DNA from: Neophaeotheca triangularis
Lineage: Eukaryota
Assembly (NCBI GenBank): GCA_054600435.1
Contig: BAAIJX010000023.1
Coordinates: 248,001 to 312,000 of the forward strand
Direction of reading: 5' to 3'
DNA: 64,000 nt
Shown: positions 48,496 through 58,551 of the stretch, one piece after another
Layout: each line of letters opens with the position of its first letter
Numbering within the stretch: the stretch's first letter is position 1
Program-made: the position numbers and the translations under genes
The notes under the pieces: model-generated
The model's database searches: none
Told to the model about the DNA's origin: nothing
The model's input: the letters and a program-made list of their open reading frames with translations, nothing else

Positions 48496-49480
48496 TTACT
48501 GCGCAATACCGATGACACCGCAAGCGGGCCTGCCCCCAGCATTGCCAGTCTTCTTGCTCTCTTCGTTGCCGCCCTTGCCCAAGTCGTCAGTACCGGCGTG
48601 CACGACGACGGTGCGGCCGAGCACGCTCTCAGGGCCGATCAGCTTGATGAACTTGTCGGACACGGAGCCGGTCGCGTTGCCCTGGCCGTCAGTCTTGAAG
48701 TTTCCCAAGTCGCCTACGTGGCGCTCGCTGTCGGACGGCGCGCCGTGGGTTTTGCTGTGGGGGTTGACTGAGGGTGGGGGAGAGGAGGGCGTTAGCGAGC
48801 GCGGCCTTTATTGTGCTGTGTTCACCTGGGAGGGGATGTGGTGGGGTTGTTTCTTACAGTGAGGACCGGCGCTGGTGCAGCCGTTGGTGTTGTCGCCAAA
48901 GGCGTGGACGTGCATGCCACGCTCGGCGTTGGCATCGTGGCCGGAGATGTTCCAGCTGACGGTGGTGTCGGCGCCTTCGGAGGCTTGCTCGAATTGGACG
49001 GTGCCCTTGATGTTGGAGTCACCACGGAGGACGGCAACTGTGGGAGGGGGAGAGGAGGTTAGTCATTTTGGCTGTGTATTGCTGAGGGAGCTGGGCGGAG
49101 CGGAGGCAGGCAGCATTGCGACAGAGCAGTATGCATGAGGTAGGCTTAGCATCCCCCCCTATAACTGGCGAGAGGGATGAAGAGGTCATGTCGACATGCT
49201 TCGCCATCACGGTGTCTCCATGTCACAGTCCGTCCATAGCTGGCGTGTGGCACACCTAGCCTAGCCAATGGCTCAGACGTGCGAACAACCTTGATGGCAT
49301 GCCAGGCGGTACATGACCCCTTTAAGACAGTGTATTACCCCCCTTTCCTTTCCTTTCCGTCTCTTCCTCATACCGAAACCTGCTCAAAAGCCCTCTCGCT
49401 GCTCGCTACCACCCAATGACAAGGCCGGAAGCGCTGGAGACGGCTTGAAAGGGGAGGTGGAACATACCAGCTTTGACCAT
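48496..49480 (-). CDS. SOD1: Cu/Zn superoxide dismutase
   Basis: Exons 49480-49468, 49037-48858 and 48767-48496 encode MVKAVAVLRG...[23 protein letters not shown]...RHVGDLGN...[10 protein letters not shown]...[13 protein letters not shown]. Confidence 0.98.
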
Positions 49481-50292
49481 ATTGACGGTATTGAACGTTT
49501 AGTGTTGGTGTGAAAGTGTGTGTGGGTGGGTTTTAGTATCTGAAGATGGAGTTGTGGTTTGGAAGATGATGATGAGTTCCTTCTCTCGCCCTCTCTCTTC
49601 TGTTGTCGTCTATGGTTCTAAGGGAGGGTCGGCGGGGGTCTTCTCTCATGCTGACGCTAGCAAGAGGGGCAATGCAACCGAGGGGCTTTTGATGTCATTC
49701 AAGTGGGACCTCGTCACCTACAGCCTATAGCCTACCCACGGCTATCCCGTCGCTCTCGCAACCCGACGACAAGACTGGGCGGGAGGTTTCTAGCGACCTC
49801 GGAGGTGAGGTAAGGTAGGGAGGGAGTAAACGGAGAAACAATGACAAAGTCACGTCCACACAGGTACGAGCGGATTCAATTACCTTCAATACATAAACAA
49901 GGTAGGTAGGCAAGACAGAACGCCAAAACAAGAAGTGAGACACAAAAGCATGCAACAAGATATGTAGCTCCAAAACCAATACCACCATCTACCACGGCTG
50001 CTTCTTCCCAATCAATTGCGGGAAGCCAAGGGGACATAAAAAGACTCACGATAGGTACCGTGTACATGGAATTCTGCCCATCATCTCACTCTTCTACACA
50101 CATGGCAACGCAGACACTTACAAAGATTGCCACCTAAAAGTGCCTCTCTCCGAAGACCACAAAAAGAAAGACAAAAAGACAAAAACAAGACTCCACCCCA
50201 TCCCTCCAAACCATCCCGTCCACTTCCAAAACCCAGATACAACCCCATTTCCCACCCCCCTCCCCCCCAAAATAAACCCCCCTCAAGTCTAA

Positions 50293-50907
50293 CTAAACAA
50301 CCCCCACCCGCCGCCAATGCACTCCCCCAACCCTAACCCACTTCCTCACCCTCAACGGCCTGGGAACGCAATCCAGCAGCGATTGCCTAGGCCGCTCGCT
50401 CGACGCCGATGCCGATGCCGATGGCTCTAGCGGGAGCGGGGCGTAAGCGGTATAGACGGGTGAAATCAGGTGGGGGGTGGGAGAGGACGGGGGTGAGGTT
50501 GCGAGCGATAGGAGGGCTTGGTCGATGTAGGCTTCGATTGGGCCGTTGTTGGCGGTTATGGAGGTGAGGAGGGCGGTTAGTTGGGTTGGGGTTAGGGGGG
50601 TTTGTTGGGGAGTTGGTGCTGTGGGTTTGGGGTTGGTGGGGGTGGGGGTGGGGTGGTTTTTTGTTTGGGTTTCTTCTTCTTTTTCTCTTTCTCCTTTGTG
50701 GTAGTTTTTGGGCTGAGGGGTTTGCTTCCCCTCGAGCTGGTTCAGCGTTGGAAGGTGTAGGGACGGAAGTTTAGCGGGTAGACGTTGAGGTCGTGGGAGA
50801 GAGGGAGAAGGGAGGTTGCATAGCGGACGCTCGGCTGGGAGACAAAGGCCAGTGCTCGTGCAACGTGTGCTGGTAGGAGGGATGTAGACGGTTCGCGGAC
50901 GGGGCAT
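50293..50907 (-). CDS. Hypothetical Pro/Thr-rich protein
   Basis: ATG 50907 within a 304-codon ORF; ends in PRPLRVRK and a G-rich 3' end like neighbouring genes. No family recognised. Confidence 0.4.
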   Translation of the reverse strand: MPRPRTVYIPPTSTRCTSTGLCLPAERPLCNLPSPSLPRPQRLPAKLPSLHLPTLNQLEGKQTPQPKNYHKGEREKEEETQTKNHPTPTPTNPKPTAPTPQQTPLTPTQLTALLTSITANNGPIEAYIDQALLSLATSPPSSPTPHLISPVYTAYAPLPLEPSASASASSERPRQSLLDCVPRPLRVRKWVRVGGVHWRRVGVV

Positions 50908-52608
50908 GGTCGCTGCTTTGATGGTGTTAGTTGATCTGCGAGGGAGAGTGCGGGAACCGGTGTGGCAATGTTGTGGCTGTTGGTGATTTGTGATGGGGGT
51001 GGGGGGTTGAGTTCTCTCGTTGCTAGACACGATTGTCTTGTAGATGGTAAGAGTCCGGCTCTTTGGGTTGACCGTGTCCTGTTTGAGTATGCGGCCTGCT
51101 AAACTTCGAAATGATCTAGTGAGGGAAAAGATGCTCCAGAATGTGAAACTGAGGTCGCTTATATCTGATGTCGAAGACAAAACTATTGTGATTGGGCTCT
51201 TTGTCATCTTGAGTAGTTATTGTGATTCTTTGCTTGGTCAAAGAGTTTATTCTTTGTGGACGAGGCAATTGTGTTGGTTTCTTTCATCCGCTTGCGTTCT
51301 TTTTTTCTTTTCGTTCGTTAGATTCAAGTCGGCACTGCATTTTGTTCTCCTTAGAGCAAAAGTGTACTTCTAGAGCCCATGACTTTCGAATTCGGACTTC
51401 TGAGACCCGTGGCATTAATACCCACCTCTTTGAAAGCATCATCCGCCGCCTTAGAATTATTAAATATATGTGTTAGACCCTCGAACCATACGAAGAGGGG
51501 TCCTGTCTGATCAAAAGCCTCGGAAAGAAACAAGCGAAATCAAAGTCAAAGAAAAAGGATGTTCGATGAACATCCTACGAACCTAGCCATGTTGCCTTAT
51601 ATACTCTCCTACTCAAATAGATGGCGGAGTCAGCGAATGGTGGAAAATGCGGTGTCAAGTCTTGAGCCGTCAGGATGGCATTTCTCTACCAACGCGCGAT
51701 TGAGCATTCTCTTAGTTCACCAGGCCATTGTACCCAAAAGAACGAGATCCTTATCCATTCTTTTGCCGGCTGAGGTATACTGGCACTGTCAGATCAGCGT
51801 AGCATTCGTTGGGCTAAGAAGTGCCTGGGCAGTGGTAGTATCGATATCCTACGAGTCGCGACAGGCGCCGTCAAAACAAAGAGAAGGGCATAATGGAAAG
51901 CTGGCACCGTTGGCTCCCAGCTGAATATTAATAATAATACCTCAGACCGGTCACGAGGAGATGGTATTGGCTGAAAAGCAATCATCTCGTAGCGCAATGC
52001 GGTTGGGGCCAGGCTAGATAATTTTAAAGTCCGTTGCCGGCGACGGCGGATTTTTCAAAAGTCAGCCCCCAAAAACCCTGGCCTGGCAATTATCAGGTTA
52101 AAGTATTGAGGCGGTAGCCGACATTGCTGAGTCGGAGTCGGGCACAAATGCCGACGCATGAGGCATCAGGATTCAGAATGAGCTTATAACAACAATTGCG
52201 ACAAAGGAGACGGGAGTGGCGAAAAGCATCGAGATGGCCTGTTGGTATTACTAGGTATAGTCTAGTCTCACTACCTACAGTCGGGTATGTACAGGTACTC
52301 TGTCAACTTTGCACGTGATTAGTGGGGCCATCCTTGGCGTCGGAAGTGGAACCCTGCCCGGGCTGCAAGTCGGCGGGCGGGACGAGGGGCAATTGGCAAT
52401 TGAATGAGGCAACATCCGTCAACGTGGGCGGCAGTGACGAAAGATTAAAACTTCCTCAACAACCGACCTGACTCTGCCTCTCACAACTTATCTTACTGAT
52501 ACTACTACTACTGATACCCCTTCTCTTCTCCAACACAAACTACCAATCTTCCAACAACAACAACAAGTCCTCCATTCAACCACTAATACTACCATAACAA
52601 CCACAATC

Positions 52609-53720
52609 ATGACTTCCTCCCTCGAGCAGCTCAAGCAAACCGGCACCGTAAGTCGCACCTTCATGCAAACAGCCAGCCAGCCATCTCCCAAAACAATGCT
52701 AATGACAACTTTCCTTTTATACAGACCGTCGTCTGCGACTCTGGTGACTTTGCCACCATTGGCAAGTACAAGCCGCAAGACGCCACCACCAACCCTTCCC
52801 TCATCCTCGCCGCCTCCAAGAAGCCCGAATACGCCAAACTCATCGATGAGGCGGTCGCGTACGGCAAGAAGCATGGCAAGAATGTCGAGGAGCAGGTCGA
52901 CTCCACCCTCGACAACCTGCTCGTCCAGTTCGGCAAGGAGATCTTGAACATAGTACCGGGCAAGGTCTCTACCGAAGTTGACGCTCGCTTCTCTTTCGAC
53001 AAGGAGGGCTCCATCGAGAAGGCTCTGCACATTATTGAGGTAAATCTTGCATAGAATACAGTATGCCACAGTACGCTGGCTGACTTTGTGATTACACAGC
53101 TCTACAAGGAGATTGGCATCGACAAGTCGCGCGTTCTCATCAAGCTCGCCGCGACCTGGGAGGGTATCCAGGCCGCCTACGTCCTGCAGAACAAGCACGG
53201 CGTCAACTGCAACCTGACACTCATGTTCTCCCTCGTCCAAGCAATTGCCGCCGCCGAAGCCGGCGCTTTCCTCATCTCCCCCTTCGTCGGCCGCATTCTC
53301 GACTGGTACAAGGCCAACACCAAGAAGGAGTACTCGGCCGAAGAAGACCCTGGCGTCAAGTCGGTCGTCCAGATCTTCAACTACTACAAGAAATACAACT
53401 ACAACACCATCGTCATGGGCGCCTCGTTCCGCAACGTTGGTGAAATCACCGAGCTCGCCGGCTGCGACTACCTCACCATTGCCCCCAACTTGCTCGAGCA
53501 ACTCTACAACAGCACCGACTCTGTCCCCGCCAAGCTCAAGGCCGAGAACGCTTCTGGCCTCGACATCCCCAAGAAGGCCTACCTCAACGATGAGTCCCAG
53601 TTCCGTTTCGACTTCAACGAGGAGCCCATGGCTGTCCACAAGCTGAGCGAGGGTATCAGCAAGTTCGCCGCTGACGCTGTCACTCTGAAGGACATCCTCA
53701 GGGAAAAGGTTCAAGCTTAG
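52609..53720 (+). CDS. TAL1: Transaldolase
   Basis: Introns 52648-52724 and 53040-53099. [45 protein letters not shown]. Confidence 0.98.
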
Positions 53721-54394
53721 ATTGAGTCAGTCTGAGTGTGAAGGGAAAGAGGAAATGATAGAGGATTGAGTGATCCAGACTGCTTGATAGGAAGGATAGC
53801 TGGAGTTGAATCTTTTGCTCTCGAGGTGATGGAAACACACCCATGGTTTTTAGTAGCATACGAAGATATGAAAAAGAAAGCCGTTTTTTATTTCGAGCAT
53901 GAAACTACTACGTTGTCGGTCGGTCTCGACCATGTTATCAGTGCCTCGATTCTCACCGCCCGCGTCTCTACAACCACGCCTGGGAGGTGGTGCGTACCTT
54001 ATGCGTGCAGCTTCAACCGTATGTAAGTGGAGCTCTCGGGCAGTTACCACCGCACTCCCAAGGTAATAATAAGGTAGTCACATGAATGAGAACTCCACAA
54101 CACCCCATCCCAATCCCATTTATTGCTCTTCCTCTACTACCAAACTCCATTATACCACTTCGACTGCACAAGTGAAGCGACGACTAACAAAAGTCTCTCT
54201 CCTGTTGGTAGATAGGTACCTAGGGTCTGATCGGTCGGTCTTTTGGAAATGGCTGTTGAAGACTTGGGAAGGACTAGGGAAGGAAGGACTAGGGAAAGAC
54301 TACTAGGGAAAGACTAGGGAAAGGTATATGTTGTAGAACTACTATAGCCATCTATCTCATATAAATACTTGTAAGACCGTGCGTACATTGAATC

Positions 54395-54531
54395 ATCTAT
54401 CTATCCACTTGTGGGACCTTAGGTACATGGCCATGGATATCTATCTGTCCACTTGTAGAACTTTACATACATGGCCATGGAAATCTATCTATCCACTTGT
54501 AGGACCTTGCGTACATGGCCATGGCAATCTA
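54395..54531 (+). repeat. 44-bp tandem repeat x3 containing the palindrome CATGGCCATG
   Basis: Units start at 54395, 54439 and 54483 (atctatctatccacttgt..gacctt..gtacatggccatgg..). ACTAGGGAA x4 lies upstream at 54273-54322. Confidence 0.9.
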
Positions 54532-55965
54532 CACTACTAGAGCTAGGACCCTCCCTTAGAACCTGGAAAGGGGGGACGTGGTAAAGAACTAAGCTGGGTA
54601 TATACTACTTGTAACTTAGGGTCTTACGTGCTTAGCTTAGCTCAGGTCGACCATTAAGTTATCAGAACTACAGTATCGTTCGGTCGTCTATCTGTGTGAC
54701 AAACCGATTACCTGACTACCTAATTGACCTCGAAAGCGACGAAGAGAGCTCACCTCCAAAACCACTTAGTCGCAAAGATGGCGTGGATGGGATATTAGAC
54801 CTCCGCGAGCTCCCCTATGGAGTTTACGAGGTACTTTCTTTTTTTTTTTTTTTCACAAGGGGAGGTTATGGCGATGTGTGTCTATCTAGCTAGATGAGGG
54901 GTATCTGCTTCAGCAGCGTAGCCTAGTATGAACGATTATATGAACGATTGGGAGTGCAGGTGGTTGGGAGGTTGGGGCCAGGGGTTCGGAAACGGCATCG
55001 GTACGGTGGTACTTCTCTGCTGACTATCTACTGACTGTGAGAGTCGGCTTTCACGACGGGTGTCTAGGTCTCGCGCTCCGTTCGTTGCTTTGTCTGATTG
55101 AGAGGAGCTGCTCTGGACGCGTGACAGGGAGGGAGAGAGAGAGATTTCGCCGCCGCACTGGTCGGTCTGTGTCGCGGTGTGTTGTGGCTGTGTGCTGTGG
55201 CCACGGCTATGGCTGGAGACGAGGGTTGGGGGAAACCGTGGGTACCTGACTTGTTCTTTTTCTTTTACTTTTCTTTTCACTCACCTACTTGACGGACTAC
55301 CTAGGCACCTGCTGGACCCCTTTTCCGTGACTGCCTACCTACCTGTTTGCTTGCTTGCTCCACCCGGTGGACTTGCACGGTTAGACTTAAGTTCTGCTGG
55401 GGGGCTCGGGGTTAGCCTGGCGCGAGTAGGTATGCTCACTCGCGTCCCACCGCTATGGAGAAAAGGCTGGGACTACTGTAGGGTGGGTCATGTCTTGCGG
55501 GAACATCAGTCGCAGTTGCTAGGCGGGAACTTTGGGGAAACCCCCAGGTTTGGTAGATGGGCGGGCTAGTAGGATGCGGATCGAAGAGAAAGGAAAGGGT
55601 TGACGGAGTTGATGGCGGGATCATCGAACTACAGTTTTCAACGTGGTGCCGAGGTTGGCAAATAATCGTATTGTCCCTGTACGATTGGGAACGACGCGGG
55701 AGTTTGCGAGGATTCCATTGGGACGGGTGCGCTGCTGAGGATGATCAGAATGCTTTTTTTTTAATCGGCAAACCAGGCGCTGCTACGCATCTTCCTTCTT
55801 CTCCACATGATTCTTCGAGGACTTTTATCGACCTCGCTCTCGCCATCGCTCTTTGCACTCCTTTCCTCGACGTGATTTGCGCAATGAGAAGAAAATCTGG
55901 CGCCTCTTTGACCAGAACCCTCTCCAATCCCGCCCCGACCACACTACCCAAGACTTCCCCAACCT

Positions 55966-58320
55966 TTACATCGCCTCCACGGGCGTCAACCCCAGAACCT
56001 CCATCCCATTCCTAAGCACCTGCCTCGCGGCATCATAAAGCGCCAGCACTGCACGTCTCTTCTCCTCCGTCTCGGCATACATCACGGACATAATCTTGGC
56101 ATTCCCTTTGCCCTCGCGCGTATCTTTGGCCTCGTAGACAGAACTGACCTGATGTGTGAGCTTGAAAAGATAAGTGAGAACAGTCACGGGCTCGAGAGTC
56201 TTGAGCGTGTTGTTGAAGACATCCGGCCACTGGGCGAGCAAGCGAATAAGCTCGATGGCTTCCTTGGATTGCAGGAGGAGAGAGAGGTCGGCGGTGAGGA
56301 GGGCGTCGCTGTCGGAGGTGAGGGAGAATTTGGCAGCGGCTTCGCGCTTGATGCTGCAGAGACGAGCGTGGGCGTATTGCAAGTAGGGGCCTGTGTCGCC
56401 TTCGTACGATGTCATCTTCTCCTTGTTGAAAGCGTAGCCGTTGATGCGCTTGCCCGTGAAGTCTTGGATCATGATTGACGAAATTCCCAAGACGTCGGCG
56501 GTCCAGTCTTTGTTTGGGACTTTTTCGTACTTTTCCGGCGTCTTCTTCATCACGCCGTGCATGTAGTCTTTGATGTCGTCGAGGGCGTCTGCAAGGGAGA
56601 CGACGGTGCCTTTGCGCGTGGACATTGTTTGCCCATCAGCCGCCTTGACCATGCCGAAGGTGACATGTTTGCATTTGGCCGCCGCGTCGGCGTAGCTGCC
56701 ACCCATCAGCTCGAGGATTTTGAAGAATTGCTGCACGTGGGTGTTTTGCTGGTCGGCGATTACGTAGAGCATTTCGTCGAAGCCGTATTTTTGGTGACGT
56801 TCTTGGTTGGCGGCGATGTCGCGGGTGAGGTAGAGGGAGGTGCCGTCGCGCTTTTGGACCAACGCGGTGCCGAGTTTGGGGGCTTTGTGCTTTTCAAAGT
56901 TGACCATGATGGCTCCTTCGCTTTCTTCCGAGATGCCCTTTTCGCGTAAAATGTCCGAGGCTGTTTGCATGTCTGCTTCGGCGACTTGAGACTCGCCGCT
57001 GTAGTCGTCAAAGTGGATGTTGAGCCGGCCGTACATGCCTTCGTAACGGTCAATGGAAAGGTCACGGAAGCGCTGCCAGTTTTTGATTGCGTCGGGATCA
57101 CCGTCGGTCATGCGTTTGAAGAATTGTCGGGCCTTTTCATCAATGCTGGGCTTTTCGGTCAACTGCTGCTGGAGGTCCAGCATCTGCTTGATCGTTTCTT
57201 GAAGCTCTGCCTCCTGCGCTTCAGTCCAGGTGTGCTCCGGTGGCGGTGGTGCGGGCTGGCCTTTGGCAGCCTTCTTTGGCTTCGGCGGCTCCTTTTGCTT
57301 CTTCATCTCCACGACCCGATTCTTCAATTCCGACAACGGCTTTTGCTCAGCGTGATTGTCCTGGTTGATTCGCACATAAACATCATTCAAATGCTTGATT
57401 GGATCCTTTTGGAGCTCCTCCTCACTGCCGTACTTGTCGAAACCCTGCGAAAGCACACCATACTGCTTCCCCCAATCACCCAAATAGTTCATGGAAACAA
57501 CCTCCCACCCAGCACGCTCGTAAAGCTTGACCAAAAACCCACCAATAATGGTACTGCGCAGATGCCCCGTGTGAAACTCCTTGGCGATGTTAGGGGAAGA
57601 GTACTCAACGATGACGCGCTTCTTCCTGCTATCCAAGTTCTTAGGGTCCTCGCGGCCAAACCGCGGGTTGAAACCAAATCTCTCCTTACGCTTCAGCACG
57701 GTGGGGAGAACAAATTGAACAAGAGCGTCGGGCTTGAAGAAGAAACGCACAAACGTCTTCTCAGCGGAGACCTTGGCCAGCAAAGGAGAGTCGAATCCAG
57801 CCTCGATCTCCTTGGCCAGCTCGTCGGGTTTCTTGCCTTTGAGACGGAGAGCCGGCACGGGCAGCATGAGATCGCCGTTGTCGAGCGTTTGCGTCCATTG
57901 CAAGGCGCTGTTGATGACGGCCGGCTCGGCCTGCGTGATTTGCTGGATTTTGGAGATGATGTGTGCGCGGTAGATATCGACGGGGTTGCTTTCCGGGTAC
58001 AGGCCTAGGTCTGCCGTGGATGGGAGGCTGGAGACGCCGAGTTTGTCCAATTGTGTAGTGATGTGGTCCATGGTGTTGTCGGTTTGGCCGTTTGCCACCG
58101 CCATGTTGGGAATTGCCTTGTATGAGTGGATATGCCTGGTAGGTTGGACAAGTCCTGCGGTTTTGCTTTTGCTGGTTTTGGAGTGGGTATCGTTCAGTCC
58201 TCCAAAGGTAGTATTCTGGGTCAGGGTTCGGAAAAGCCTTGCGTGACGAGTGTGAAGCCGGCGGCAAATAAGAAAAGGGTCGAGAAGTGAAGGTCGAAAG
58301 GGTCGTGTAGCGGAGAACAT
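55966..58320 (-). CDS. Arginyl-tRNA synthetase with N-terminal mitochondrial-presequence-like extension
   Basis: VEYSSPNIAKEFHTGHLRSTIIG (HIGH), NYLGDWG, LYLTRD, MSTRKG (KMSKS), GPYLQYAHARL. Confidence 0.97.
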   Translation of the reverse strand: MFSATRPFRPSLLDPFLICRRLHTRHARLFRTLTQNTTFGGLNDTHSKTSKSKTAGLVQPTRHIHSYKAIPNMAVANGQTDNTMDHITTQLDKLGVSSLPSTADLGLYPESNPVDIYRAHIISKIQQITQAEPAVINSALQWTQTLDNGDLMLPVPALRLKGKKPDELAKEIEAGFDSPLLAKVSAEKTFVRFFFKPDALVQFVLPTVLKRKERFGFNPRFGREDPKNLDSRKKRVIVEYSSPNIAKEFHTGHLRSTIIGGFLVKLYERAGWEVVSMNYLGDWGKQYGVLSQGFDKYGSEEELQKDPIKHLNDVYVRINQDNHAEQKPLSELKNRVVEMKKQKEPPKPKKAAKGQPAPPPPEHTWTEAQEAELQETIKQMLDLQQQLTEKPSIDEKARQFFKRMTDGDPDAIKNWQRFRDLSIDRYEGMYGRLNIHFDDYSGESQVAEADMQTASDILREKGISEESEGAIMVNFEKHKAPKLGTALVQKRDGTSLYLTRDIAANQERHQKYGFDEMLYVIADQQNTHVQQFFKILELMGGSYADAAAKCKHVTFGMVKAADGQTMSTRKGTVVSLADALDDIKDYMHGVMKKTPEKYEKVPNKDWTADVLGISSIMIQDFTGKRINGYAFNKEKMTSYEGDTGPYLQYAHARLCSIKREAAAKFSLTSDSDALLTADLSLLLQSKEAIELIRLLAQWPDVFNNTLKTLEPVTVLTYLFKLTHQVSSVYEAKDTREGKGNAKIMSVMYAETEEKRRAVLALYDAARQVLRNGMEVLGLTPVEAM

Positions 58321-58551
58321 ACAATGTAGTGTGTGGGAAGAAAAGATTGTACGCCTTCACTGCCGACTCATCAAGTCCAGTCTTCTTCTAGTCTAGAAAG
58401 TTTGAAGTTCCTTGCATACAAAGCGGCAAAAATCGTGCACGGTCCATATAGTCTCATCACGTGCAACATGGGAAAAAAAGGAGAGACACCCTAACGTATT
58501 GAACCTATTCACAAATCGCTCATATTGGTATCTACAAAAACATACATCCCA

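Noticed and set aside
48384..48496. Genomic poly(A) about 90 nt after the SOD1 stop suggesting a retrocopy
   Set aside because: SOD1 retains two introns; no target-site duplication seen.
52488..53714. 408-aa antisense ORF over TAL1 (similar ones over ArgRS, GT90, BVMO, RhoGEF and the secreted protein)
   Set aside because: Explained by strong C-ending codon bias of the sense gene; V/L/G/E-rich and without motifs.
44520..53720. MET1-SOD1-TAL1 as a redox gene cluster
   Set aside because: Widely spaced housekeeping genes with intervening repeats; no shared regulatory evidence in the sequence.
54395..54531. 44-bp palindrome-containing repeats as a CRISPR array
   Set aside because: Head-to-tail tandem units with no unique spacers, no cas genes, and a eukaryotic context.
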